Positions 29,487-37,941 of a stretch of 63,059 nt of DNA are shown here, one piece after another. Below the pieces are notes generated by a model. The model worked only from the letters and a program-made list of their open reading frames with translations. It made no database searches and had not been told where the DNA came from. The stretch covers positions 1-63,059 of the forward strand of contig JAUZPR010000005.1 in the NCBI GenBank assembly GCA_030705825.1. Direction: 5' to 3'. Origin of the DNA: Bacillota bacterium. GTDB lineage: Bacteria > Bacillota > Clostridia > Acetivibrionales > JANLFN01. Every line of letters starts with the position of its first letter. Positions within the stretch are counted from its first letter, which is position 1. The translations under genes and the position numbers were made by a program.

Positions 29487-29504
29487 GCTGATTGGAGAAT
29501 TACT

Positions 29505-30245
29505 ATGATTTATATATACGACGGTTCCTTCAATGGTCTTTTAACCGCAGTGTTCGAAGCCTATTACAGACACGAAGAGCCTGCTGAAATAAGAACTGTA
29601 ATAAATCATCAGATAAATATTCTGGATGATACATCATATATTGCTACAGATACTGATAAAGCCTCCAGGGTTTATGAGGCCATTGTACTTAAGATTTCTG
29701 AATATTGTCTTCAGGATATTTACTACACATATCTTTCGAACTTTGAAGATTCAGGCACTTTAGTTTACAGGTATCTAAAGCTTGGCTTTTCCGTCGGTAA
29801 AAAGCTTAACATGTATCAGGCCCACGAAAGCGTTATTGCTGTAAGAAACATAGTCTACAAGGTTATGGGAGAAAGGCACCGGTTACTTGGACTCTTAAGA
29901 TTCTCCAAACTTGACTGCGGAGTATATTATGCTCCTGTATCACCCGATCATAATGTTTTAGAGCTTCTTGCCCCACATTTTGCAGAAAGGATGGGAGATC
30001 AGGATTGGATTATTCATGATACAAAAAGAAAAACCGCTGCAGTTTGTAAGTCGGGTACTTGGTATATGACCGACTTTGATAGCAATCAGTACGATATGGT
30101 CAAAGAAAATGAGGCTGATTATCAAGCCTTTTGGAGCAGTTATTACAAGAATATAAACATAACTGAAAGAAGTAATATAAATCTTCAAAAAAGAAACATG
30201 CCGGTACGCTACTGGAAGTATCTGACTGAAAAGCAGGTAAACTAG
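29505..30245 (+). CDS. TIGR03915-family putative DNA repair protein (partner of the radical SAM enzyme)
   Basis: 246 aa starting 19 nt after the radical SAM gene. N-terminus YDGSFNGLLTAVFEAY is typical of this family. No fused uracil-DNA-glycosylase domain. Confidence 0.65.
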   Translation: MIYIYDGSFNGLLTAVFEAYYRHEEPAEIRTVINHQINILDDTSYIATDTDKASRVYEAIVLKISEYCLQDIYYTYLSNFEDSGTLVYRYLKLGFSVGKKLNMYQAHESVIAVRNIVYKVMGERHRLLGLLRFSKLDCGVYYAPVSPDHNVLELLAPHFAERMGDQDWIIHDTKRKTAAVCKSGTWYMTDFDSNQYDMVKENEADYQAFWSSYYKNINITERSNINLQKRNMPVRYWKYLTEKQVN

Positions 30246-30246
30246 A

Positions 30247-30316
30247 AGTTAATAGTTGAGAGTTGAGAGTTGAGAGTTCAAAAACCATTACAACTTTCAT
30301 CTCTCAACATGCAACT
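30247..30316. repeat. Two opposed heptad-phased arrays (AGTTGAG x5, then inverted) between convergent genes
   Basis: AGTT at 30247,54,61,68,75. AACT/ATCT/AACA/AACT at 30292,99,306,313. GTTGAGAG pairs with CTCTCAAC. Confidence 0.8.
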
Positions 30317-30320
30317 GATC

Positions 30321-30959
30321 TTAATCCGGCAGCTGCCGTTTATATTCATCGTTTGATACCTGGTCCATATCATCGACTATTCCCTGTTTATCAGTATCAT
30401 TTGTATAATAATCTTCATAATACTGCTCATTAGTGCCAATGTCCTGGGGAGTATCACTTGATCCGTATTTCATAAGATCATTCCACTGATCCATGCCCTC
30501 AAACTCGTAATCGTCTCCGGCAAAAAACCGATAGCTGGTACGTTGCAGCTGTTCCTGCTCATATGGCAGTTTACGTTTCATAAGCATGGTATCATCCGAT
30601 TTTATCTCTTCGCATTCGATACACAAACTAGTATAGGGAATGATTTCAAGCCTACCTTCGCCTATATCCCTTCCGCAGTAAGTGCAAACACCGTATAAGC
30701 CCTTATCGATTCTGCTCAATGCTTCGTGTATCTGATATAATTTATCTTCAACATGTACAACAAGAGCATTGTTATGCTCCAATTCATACAACTGTGTTCC
30801 AATTTCAGCAGGATGATTATCATAATTTGAGAGTTCGGTCGGATCCATCATGTTTTGCTCCGAAAGTCCATTTTCCTTCATCTGATCAAGCAGAGCATCA
30901 TAATGTTCTTCTTCTTTAAGAAGCTTATTTTTGAAATGCATGAGCATATCCTTATCCAT
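30321..30959 (-). CDS. DksA/TraR C4 zinc-finger protein (YteA-like)
   Basis: CTYCGRDIGEGRLEIIPYTSLCIEC four-Cys finger. ATG 30959 has GGAGG 8 nt upstream and overlaps the upstream gene by 8 nt. Confidence 0.7.
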   Translation of the reverse strand: MDKDMLMHFKNKLLKEEEHYDALLDQMKENGLSEQNMMDPTELSNYDNHPAEIGTQLYELEHNNALVVHVEDKLYQIHEALSRIDKGLYGVCTYCGRDIGEGRLEIIPYTSLCIECEEIKSDDTMLMKRKLPYEQEQLQRTSYRFFAGDDYEFEGMDQWNDLMKYGSSDTPQDIGTNEQYYEDYYTNDTDKQGIVDDMDQVSNDEYKRQLPD

Positions 30960-31269
30960 AAACATTTCCTCCAGTCTTTTCCAAATTCTGCTGCACAATT
31001 TTCACAATTTCAGCAATAAAGTTTCCTATTACCGGCAGATTCCACTTTACGGCAAGTTGCAGGAAATATATAGCTGCAGCTCCGAGAAGTAAAAAACCTA
31101 TTGCGATTCCAAAACCTCTGGCAATACCACTCAGGAAATTTGCAAAGAGCATTTTTTTCGGATGTTCAATATAATAAACATAGTCAACAAACTTGAATTT
31201 CTCCATATTTAAAGCAATGTGATCTATCTTCTTTTTTATATCGTATAGTACGCCCTTATGTTCCGCCAT
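30952..31269 (-). CDS. Small membrane protein (DUF5665-like)
   Basis: 105 aa with two hydrophobic helices (FLSGIARGFGIAIGFLLLGAAAIYFL). Translationally coupled to the zinc-finger gene. Confidence 0.55.
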   Translation of the reverse strand: MAEHKGVLYDIKKKIDHIALNMEKFKFVDYVYYIEHPKKMLFANFLSGIARGFGIAIGFLLLGAAAIYFLQLAVKWNLPVIGNFIAEIVKIVQQNLEKTGGNVYG

Positions 31270-31715
31270 CGTTTGTGAATCCTCCCCATGTTTATGTTGT
31301 CCACATTATATAAGTTTATAATGGAAAGAATTCAAAGTTTATTTTTGAAAAAGAACTAATTCTTAAATCAATTTTTCTTTCGAAATCATATAATCACAGT
31401 TATATATATCCTTTTGGAGTGTACCTGTTATATCCATAAGTCTGAACTTTATGGTCTCCATAATATCCTTTAATTCAATATTACTGCATTCTACACATCT
31501 TTCGTCGAGATAATCAAGCAAATCTCCTGCTTTTTTATATATTACCAAAAGGTCCTGCTTCAATTCCGTTCCAACTATGATTGCCGTATTGCATTCCTCC
31601 TTAATTAAACAACCTCGTTAGGATTTTAATTTTAAACAATCCGTTGAAAGTTATTCCTCATTAATATAATATATTTATGTTGTAAATTTATATTTAACAA
31701 ATAAGGAGGTTATTT

Positions 31716-32504
31716 ATGGAATATACAGCTGATATAGGAGTTTTTGGAGGTTCAGGCTTTTATTCCTTTCTTGAAAACGTTACAGAAATTGAAATTGATA
31801 CTCCATATGGAAAACCCAGTGACAAAATAGCTTTAGCAACTTTTGAAGGAAAAAAGATAGCATTTCTTCCAAGGCATGGGAAAAATCATCAATACCCGCC
31901 GCACATGGTTCCCTACAGAGCAAACCTTTATGCCATGAAACAGCTCGGTGTCAAGAAAATAATAGGCCCAACCGCTTCCGGCAGCCTTCAGGCTGAAATT
32001 AAACCTGGTGATTTTGTTGTCTGCGACCAGTTTATCGACAGAACAACAGGAAGAAAGGATACTTTCTTTGACGGTCCTGAAACACAGCATCCAAGCTCTG
32101 CACACCCATACTGTCCATCTCTCAGGAAGCTTGCAATTGAGAGCGGAAAAGAACTGGGCATTACCATGCACGAAAAGGGTACTGTTGTAGTTATACAGGG
32201 ACCCAGATTTTCAACCGTTGCTGAAAGCCGCTGGTTTAACAAAATGGGATGGGAAGTTATAAATATGACCCAGTATCCTGAATGTTACCTTGCCAGAGAA
32301 CTTGGCATATGCTATGTTAACATAGCTTTAATTACAGATTACGATGCAGGTCTGGAAGGAAGAAATGACATACAGCCTGTATCCCATGAAGAGGTTTTGA
32401 AGGTATTTGAAGAAAATAATGAGAAAATAAAGAATTTATTGTTCGGACTGATAAGAAAAATAGATATAAACAACACAGCCTGCTCATGTAACAATCCATT
32501 CTGA
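31716..32504 (+). CDS. mtnP: S-methyl-5'-thioadenosine phosphorylase
   Basis: 262 aa of the PNP/MTAP family (IGVFGGSGFY, LPRHG..H...P, GPTASGSL, INMT). Confidence 0.85.
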   Translation: MEYTADIGVFGGSGFYSFLENVTEIEIDTPYGKPSDKIALATFEGKKIAFLPRHGKNHQYPPHMVPYRANLYAMKQLGVKKIIGPTASGSLQAEIKPGDFVVCDQFIDRTTGRKDTFFDGPETQHPSSAHPYCPSLRKLAIESGKELGITMHEKGTVVVIQGPRFSTVAESRWFNKMGWEVINMTQYPECYLARELGICYVNIALITDYDAGLEGRNDIQPVSHEEVLKVFEENNEKIKNLLFGLIRKIDINNTACSCNNPF

Positions 32505-32512
32505 TAAAAGCG

Positions 32513-32546
32513 GGTAGAATGGTGGAATGGGTAATAGGTGGAATAG
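32513..32546 (+). repeat. 8-nt tandem repeat (GGTAGAAT GGTGGAAT GGGTAATA GGTGGAAT)
   Basis: Four contiguous degenerate 8-mers starting 9 nt after the mtnP stop. Confidence 0.7.
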
Positions 32547-32554
32547 GATTTGAG

Positions 32555-32590
32555 AACTCACCCCTGCCCCTCTCTTTCCAAAGAGAGGGG
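32555..32590. repeat. Partial copy of the CCCCTGCCCCTC hairpin module found in the murI-flanking repeats
   Basis: AACTCACCCCTGCCCCTCTCTT-TCCA-AAGAGAGGGG compared with AACTCCCCTGCCCCTCAATCTTGAGGGG at 44798 and 46099. 10-bp perfect stem. Confidence 0.6.
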
Positions 32591-32714
32591 TACTTTGTAT
32601 AACTCCCTATCTATCTTACCCTCACTTCGAGGGGAAGGATAAGCATTGCTACGAAGATTTTTTAACTCCCTTCCCACAATGCTCTGGGGAAAGGGCTGGG
32701 GATGAGGGTTTGAC

Positions 32715-32739
32715 AAAAACGGGCGGCCAATGGCCGCCC
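32715..32739 (-). terminator. Intrinsic terminator of aroB
   Basis: Minus strand GGGCGGCC-ATT-GGCCGCCC (8 GC pairs) followed by GTTTTTG. Confidence 0.75.
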
Positions 32740-32745
32740 CTACTG

Positions 32746-32791
32746 AACTCCGAACTTCTAACTCCGAACTTCTAACTCCGAACCCCTACTC
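32746..32791 (-). repeat. Heptad-phased array (14-nt unit AACTCCGAACTTCT x2.5 on +; GGAGTTA/GAAGTTC on the aroB strand)
   Basis: AACT at 32746,53,60,67,74 and AACC at 32781. Lies between the aroB stop (32797) and its terminator. Confidence 0.85.
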
Positions 32792-32796
32792 TTGTT

Positions 32797-33873
32797 CTAC
32801 CTTAATTCACCCAGCACCTTCTTTATCAATTGCTCGTCATCTACAATAAGCTGTAGCACCCCGCCTATCGATTTTGGAAGTATAAAAGTGAGTTTGTTGT
32901 CTTTTATTTTTTTATCATAGAACATCTGCTTATAAACCCTGTCAACATCAAGCCCTTCAAGTCTCACAGGAAGGCCTGCCTTTTTCAGCAGACTAATAAC
33001 CTTCTCAAGTTCACTTGCATTAACCATACCCATATAGCCGGCCAGCTTGAATGCTCCTACAAATCCTATTGCTATGCATTCTCCGTGCAGCAGTTCGAAA
33101 TTCATTACACTTTCAATTGCATGACCTATGGTGTGTCCAAAATTAAGAATTTCCCTTAGCCCGTTTTCCTTCTCATCTTTTTCTACTATACCGGCTTTAA
33201 TCGAACAGTTGACTTTTGTCAGGTATTTCATAACATCTTCATTGACTTTAAATATCTTATCGATGTTATCATCAATATATTCAAAAAATTCCATGTCCAG
33301 TATTATCCCGTGCTTTACAACCTCTGCCAGACCGGCTTTAAGCTCGCGTTCCGGAAGTGTTTTTAGCGAATTCACATTTATATATACAAATTTCGGCTGA
33401 TAGAAAGAACCTATTATATTTTTGCTTCCTTCAAAATCAACTCCAACCTTCCCGCCTACGCTGCTATCGGCCTGTGCAAGCAGCGTTGTGGGAACCTGCA
33501 CGAAATTTATACCTCTCAGGAAGGTAGCTGCTGCAAAGCCTGTTATATCGCCTACGACTCCCCCGCCTAACGCTACAAGCGTTGCTTTTCTGTCCAGTTT
33601 CAGGCTCATAAGATACTGGTAGATTTTTTGAATAGTCATCAAATTCTTGCTTTTCTCGCCCGCATCTATCACATACTTGTATACCGGATTCTTACAGGAC
33701 TCTAACGCACTCATCAAGTCAGCGCATTGAAATTTATCAACATTGCTGTCGGTAATAACTACAATAGTACCTGAAATCTTTGCACTTTCCAGACATTTTT
33801 CAATTGAGCCGTAATCCGTTTCAATATAAATGGGATAGGTTCTATCACCCAAATTTACATTTTGTTTTATCAT
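32797..33873 (-). CDS. aroB: 3-dehydroquinate synthase
   Basis: GGGVVGD nucleotide loop and metal ligands HG..IA. Start set at ATG 33873 (AGGAG RBS), 20 nt after the ileS stop. Confidence 0.9.
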   Translation of the reverse strand: MIKQNVNLGDRTYPIYIETDYGSIEKCLESAKISGTIVVITDSNVDKFQCADLMSALESCKNPVYKYVIDAGEKSKNLMTIQKIYQYLMSLKLDRKATLVALGGGVVGDITGFAAATFLRGINFVQVPTTLLAQADSSVGGKVGVDFEGSKNIIGSFYQPKFVYINVNSLKTLPERELKAGLAEVVKHGIILDMEFFEYIDDNIDKIFKVNEDVMKYLTKVNCSIKAGIVEKDEKENGLREILNFGHTIGHAIESVMNFELLHGECIAIGFVGAFKLAGYMGMVNASELEKVISLLKKAGLPVRLEGLDVDRVYKQMFYDKKIKDNKLTFILPKSIGGVLQLIVDDEQLIKKVLGELR

Positions 33874-33892
33874 AAATACTCCTATAACCGGT

Positions 33893-36800
33893 TTATTTGC
33901 TCTTAACAATGGTTATAACCATTTTCTCGCCATTTATATTCCATTCTTTTTTATAGCCTTCGATGCTGCCCTCGGTAATTTCTTCGGCCAGAACGTCATT
34001 TGTGATTTCAGAAGCATTCCGTTGCATTATGCCTTTGATTGTATCATTACCGTCAAAGAACACCTTGATATGGTCCATTACCTCAAAATCCGCTTCTTTT
34101 CTCATTGTCTGGATTTTACTGATTATCTCGCGTACAAAGCCTTCCTCTATAAGCTCGGGACTCAGGTTAGTATCGAGTACTACAGTAACCTCCTTGTCTG
34201 CTTCAGATACGAAACCCTGTTTCTGGGTAACCTCGGTTAAAACATCGGTTTCAGCCAATTCTACTTTATTACCATCGACCAGGATTTTTGCTGTCTCTCC
34301 CTTACCAAAAGGTACAAGCAGCAAATCCGATTCAATTTCACTGAGGACCTTTCCTATCTGTGGTACCAGCTTGCCGTATTTCGGGCCCAGGGTTTTAAGC
34401 TGGGGTTTGAATTTATATGCCGTAAAGGCCTTGGTATCATTGGTAAACTCGATTTGCTTGATGTTAAGCTCATCCTCTACAAGTTCAATATACATTTGGG
34501 GCATTGTAAAGCCCGATTTTACATACATTTTACCTATAGGCTGCCTGTTCTTTATATTGGCAGTATTTCTACAGGCACGTCCAAGTACGACCAATTTGAG
34601 GACATTTTCCATGTTTTCTTCAAGTTCCCTGTTGATGATCTTTTCATTGCTTACAGGGAAATCACAAAGATGTATGCTGATAGGTGCATTCCTGTCAATA
34701 TTCCTTACAAGGTTACCATATATTTCTTCAGCCATAAAAGGTATGAACGGTGCCGAAAGCTTTGCAACAGTAGTCAGAACAGTATATAAAGTCATATATG
34801 CATTGATCTTGTCCTGTTCCATTCCCTTTGTCCAGAAGCGCTCCCTGCTTCTTCTTACATACCAGTTGCTGAGTTCATCGGTGAAATCCTGGATTGCTCT
34901 TGCCGATTCAGTAATCCTATACCCTTCAAGTCCCTTGTCAACGGCAGCGATCAAGGAATTAAGCTTTGAAAGTATCCATTTGTCAAGTACAGCCAGTTTT
35001 TCAAAATCCAATTTATAATTAAGAGGATTGAATTTGTCTATGTTTGCATAAAGTACATAGAATGCGTAAGTGTTCCACAGGGTTCCCATGAACTTTCTCT
35101 GTGCGTCACTTACTGCATCCTCATAGAAACGGCTTGGCAGCCATGGTGCGCTTGTCGTATAGAAATACCAACGAACGGCATCCGCGCCCTGTTTATCCAG
35201 CACGACCCACGGATCTACGACATTTCCCTTGTGCTTGCTCATTTTCTGTCCTTCCTTGTCCTGTACAAGTCCAAGAACTATTACGTTCTTAAAGGCAGGT
35301 TTGTCAAACAAAAGTGATGAAATAGTGTGCAGTACATAGAACCAGCCTCTTGTCTGGTCAAGCGCTTCACTGATAAAATCCGCAGGATAATTATCTGCAA
35401 AAATCTCCTTGTTTTCAAAAGGATAGTGCCACTGTGCATAAGGCATGGAACCGGAATCGTACCAACAGTCTATAACCTCGCTAACCCTCTTCATCTTTCC
35501 GCCGCATTTTTCACACTTAAGATAAACATTGTCTATATAAGGCTTGTGAAGCTCAATATCATCGGGCACATTTTCTCCCATTTCCTTAAGCTCTGCCCTG
35601 CTTCCTATAACATGCCTGTGACCGCATTTGCATTCCCATATTGGTAGTGGAGTACCCCAGTACCTTTCTCTGCTAAGTCCCCAGTCCACATTATTTTCAA
35701 GGAAATTGCCAAAACGTCCTTCTCCTATGCTTTCAGGATACCAGTTGATTTTTTTGTTGTTTTCAATAAGCTTGTTTCTTATTTCAGTAGTTTTTATAAA
35801 CCAGGTATCGCGAGCATAATACAAAAGCGGTGTGTCACATCTCCAGCAGAACGGGTATGAGTGCTCGTAATCAAGGACCTTGTAGAGCAGGTTTCTGCCT
35901 TCAAGATGCTTGATTATATCGGGATCCGCATCCTTAACAAATACACCCTTCCAGGGAGTTACCGAGTCAACAAATTTTCCTTCTTCATTTACCAGCTGCA
36001 CAAACGGGAGATCATTATTTCTTCCGGTTCTGGCATCGTCTTCACCGAAAGCAGGTGCAGTGTGAACTATACCTGTACCGTCGGTAAGTGTTACGTAATC
36101 TGCTGTTACAACATAATATGCTCTCTTTTTGGGTTCAGTGAAATTGAATAATGGCTCATAGTCCATTCCTACAAGATCCTTACCCTTACATTTATCCAAT
36201 ACCTTGTATTCTTCCTTCAGCACTGTTGGAGCAAGTGCTTCAGCCAGAATATATACTTCATCTCCGCACTGTGCTTTGATGTAAGTTTCAGCAGGATTAA
36301 CAGCAAGTGCAACGTTTGAAGGCAGCGTCCAGGGAGTTGTTGTCCATGCCAGCAGGTATACCTGATTTTGGCCTTTTACAGGGAATTTAACATAAATAGA
36401 TGGTTCCTTTACATCCTTGTACCCTTGTGCAACCTCATGGCTTGACAATGCTGTTCCGCATCTCGGGCAGTAAGGTACTATTTTGTGTCCCTTGTACAGG
36501 AGGCCTTTGTCCCAAACCTGCTTCAAGGACCACCAGACAGATTCTATATAATTGTTGTCATAGGTTATATAAGGGTTTTCCATGTCTGCCCAGTAACCTA
36601 CCCTGTCACTCATTTTTTCCCATTCTTTTTTATAAGTCCAGACACTCTGCTTGCATTTCTGGATAAACGGTTCAACCCCGTAATCCTCGATCTGCGGCTT
36701 TCCGTTTATACCCAAAAGCTTTTCAACCTCAAGCTCAACAGGTAGTCCGTGAGTATCCCAGCCGGCCTTTCTTAGCACCTTGTAGCCCTTCATGGTTTTG

Positions 36801-37012
36801 TACCTTGGTATGATATCTTTAATTACTCTCGTAAGAATATGGCCTATATGAGGTCTTCCGTTTGCTGTAGGAGGCCCGTCATAGAATGTGAAGGTCGGAC
36901 CGCCTTCCCTGTTTTTAACACTCTTTTCGAAAATATCATTCTCTTTCCAGTACTTCAATACTTCCTGTTCTCTGTCAACAAAATTCAAATTCGTAGAAAC
37001 CTTTTCGTACAA
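33893..37012 (-). CDS. ileS: Isoleucine--tRNA ligase (long, type-2-like form)
   Basis: 1039 aa, HIGH motif PHIGH, KMSKS variant KMSKH, Cys clusters CPRC and CWRC. Confidence 0.97.
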   Translation of the reverse strand: MYEKVSTNLNFVDREQEVLKYWKENDIFEKSVKNREGGPTFTFYDGPPTANGRPHIGHILTRVIKDIIPRYKTMKGYKVLRKAGWDTHGLPVELEVEKLLGINGKPQIEDYGVEPFIQKCKQSVWTYKKEWEKMSDRVGYWADMENPYITYDNNYIESVWWSLKQVWDKGLLYKGHKIVPYCPRCGTALSSHEVAQGYKDVKEPSIYVKFPVKGQNQVYLLAWTTTPWTLPSNVALAVNPAETYIKAQCGDEVYILAEALAPTVLKEEYKVLDKCKGKDLVGMDYEPLFNFTEPKKRAYYVVTADYVTLTDGTGIVHTAPAFGEDDARTGRNNDLPFVQLVNEEGKFVDSVTPWKGVFVKDADPDIIKHLEGRNLLYKVLDYEHSYPFCWRCDTPLLYYARDTWFIKTTEIRNKLIENNKKINWYPESIGEGRFGNFLENNVDWGLSRERYWGTPLPIWECKCGHRHVIGSRAELKEMGENVPDDIELHKPYIDNVYLKCEKCGGKMKRVSEVIDCWYDSGSMPYAQWHYPFENKEIFADNYPADFISEALDQTRGWFYVLHTISSLLFDKPAFKNVIVLGLVQDKEGQKMSKHKGNVVDPWVVLDKQGADAVRWYFYTTSAPWLPSRFYEDAVSDAQRKFMGTLWNTYAFYVLYANIDKFNPLNYKLDFEKLAVLDKWILSKLNSLIAAVDKGLEGYRITESARAIQDFTDELSNWYVRRSRERFWTKGMEQDKINAYMTLYTVLTTVAKLSAPFIPFMAEEIYGNLVRNIDRNAPISIHLCDFPVSNEKIINRELEENMENVLKLVVLGRACRNTANIKNRQPIGKMYVKSGFTMPQMYIELVEDELNIKQIEFTNDTKAFTAYKFKPQLKTLGPKYGKLVPQIGKVLSEIESDLLLVPFGKGETAKILVDGNKVELAETDVLTEVTQKQGFVSEADKEVTVVLDTNLSPELIEEGFVREIISKIQTMRKEADFEVMDHIKVFFDGNDTIKGIMQRNASEITNDVLAEEITEGSIEGYKKEWNINGEKMVITIVKSK

Positions 37013-37114
37013 TTACATCTCCTCCAATCCAAATATAGCTATAATTAAATATACTTATTATACTTTTGACCACAACTTGTGAAGTTAAGCTTGTCTTTTA
37101 ATAAAAGAAAGTTC

Positions 37115-37406
37115 TTAAAATAAAAAAGCCCTCCAATCCCTGTAAGGGACGGAGAGCATATACGCTCACGCGGTACCACCCAAATTTATTACTTCAAAAT
37201 AATCACTCTATAAGGGACATTTCTTAATATAAAGAATTAATCCCTTTAAATTTTAACGGATTTTTCCGGCGTCCCTTACTTTTTTTCAGGAAGCAACTCA
37301 TGGATGATTTTCAAAGGCAGCCCCTGCAGGATTTCCACCATCACCTGCTCTCTATAAAGTTAAAACCCTTTACTCTTTCCAGTCATCGTCTTTAGGCTAT
37401 GCAATT
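37115..37406 (-). promoter_or_regulatory. T-box riboswitch leader, isoleucine specifier
   Basis: Minus strand T-box sequence AAATTTGGGTGGTACCGCG (complement of 37169..37181). Stem I AGAGAG element. Specifier loop GAAAAUCAUCC with the Ile codon AUC. Terminator CTCCGTCCC/GGGATTGGAG plus U-run. Confidence 0.9.
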
Positions 37407-37412
37407 ATTTGA

Positions 37413-37442
37413 ATTATACAATAGCTGAAATGTTGCTGTCAA
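37413..37442 (-). promoter_or_regulatory. Consensus sigma-A promoter for the ileS leader, overlapping the divIVA stop codon
   Basis: Minus strand TTGACA, 18 nt, TGTATAAT. The divIVA TGA lies inside the -35 hexamer. Confidence 0.6.
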
Positions 37443-37903
37443 GCATCTTCCGAAAACATCTGCTTGAGTACTTCCATCTGTGACATAAGAAGTGTTTCTG
37501 CTTTTGATTTGAATATATGAAGTTTTTTTCTGACCTCTTCGTATTCATATTTTACTTTTATTACTTCCTGGTTTGCGTCATTTATAAGCCGTTGGGCTTT
37601 CAACTCAGCGTCTTTAATAATATTTTCCGCTTTTTCGTATGCGTTCTTTTTTATATCTTCACTGGTCTGCTGAGCTACTATCAATGTGTTCTGAAGCGAT
37701 TCCTCAATAGTCTTGTAATGCTGTATTCCTTCATTCAAAACGGCTATTCTGTCCTTCAACTCAATATTCTCATGAATATATGCGCTGTAATCCTCAATTA
37801 CCTTATCCAATGCATCATTTACCTGATCCTCATTGTAACCTGTAAAGGATTTTTTAAATTCAATATTCTGCAAATCATTGGGAGTATAATTCATAATTTT
37901 CAC
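37439..37903 (-). CDS. divIVA: Cell-division protein DivIVA
   Basis: TPNDLQNIEFKKSFTGYNEDQVNDAL N-terminal domain plus coiled coil. Confidence 0.9.
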   Translation of the reverse strand: MKIMNYTPNDLQNIEFKKSFTGYNEDQVNDALDKVIEDYSAYIHENIELKDRIAVLNEGIQHYKTIEESLQNTLIVAQQTSEDIKKNAYEKAENIIKDAELKAQRLINDANQEVIKVKYEYEEVRKKLHIFKSKAETLLMSQMEVLKQMFSEDA

Positions 37904-37941
37904 CCCTTGTAAATTTTAACCGTTTGAATATATTTAAATTT

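Noticed and set aside
31363-31563. 66-aa minus-strand ORF between the DUF5665-like gene and mtnP
   Set aside because: It has a TTG start with no RBS at a suitable distance. The nearby AAGGAGG is followed by an out-of-frame ATG that gives only a 19-codon ORF. There are no recognisable motifs. It is left uncalled, though it could be a genuine small protein.
31564-31715. Possible SAM/MTA-responsive riboswitch upstream of mtnP
   Set aside because: None of the conserved SAM-I/SAM-II-type core strings or a terminator/antiterminator pair could be seen. The region is plain AT-rich promoter-like sequence.
33963-35018. 351-aa ORF antisense to ileS. Similar long antisense ORFs occur at 49780..50595 in recN, 13477..14052 in the MCP gene, 6053..6604 across dpaB/dpaA, 38036..38536 in ylmH and 57802..58356 in xseA.
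   Set aside because: These are shadow frames of strongly supported genes. Their translations are Ser/Leu/Ile-rich low-complexity sequence, and they have no RBS or independent motifs.
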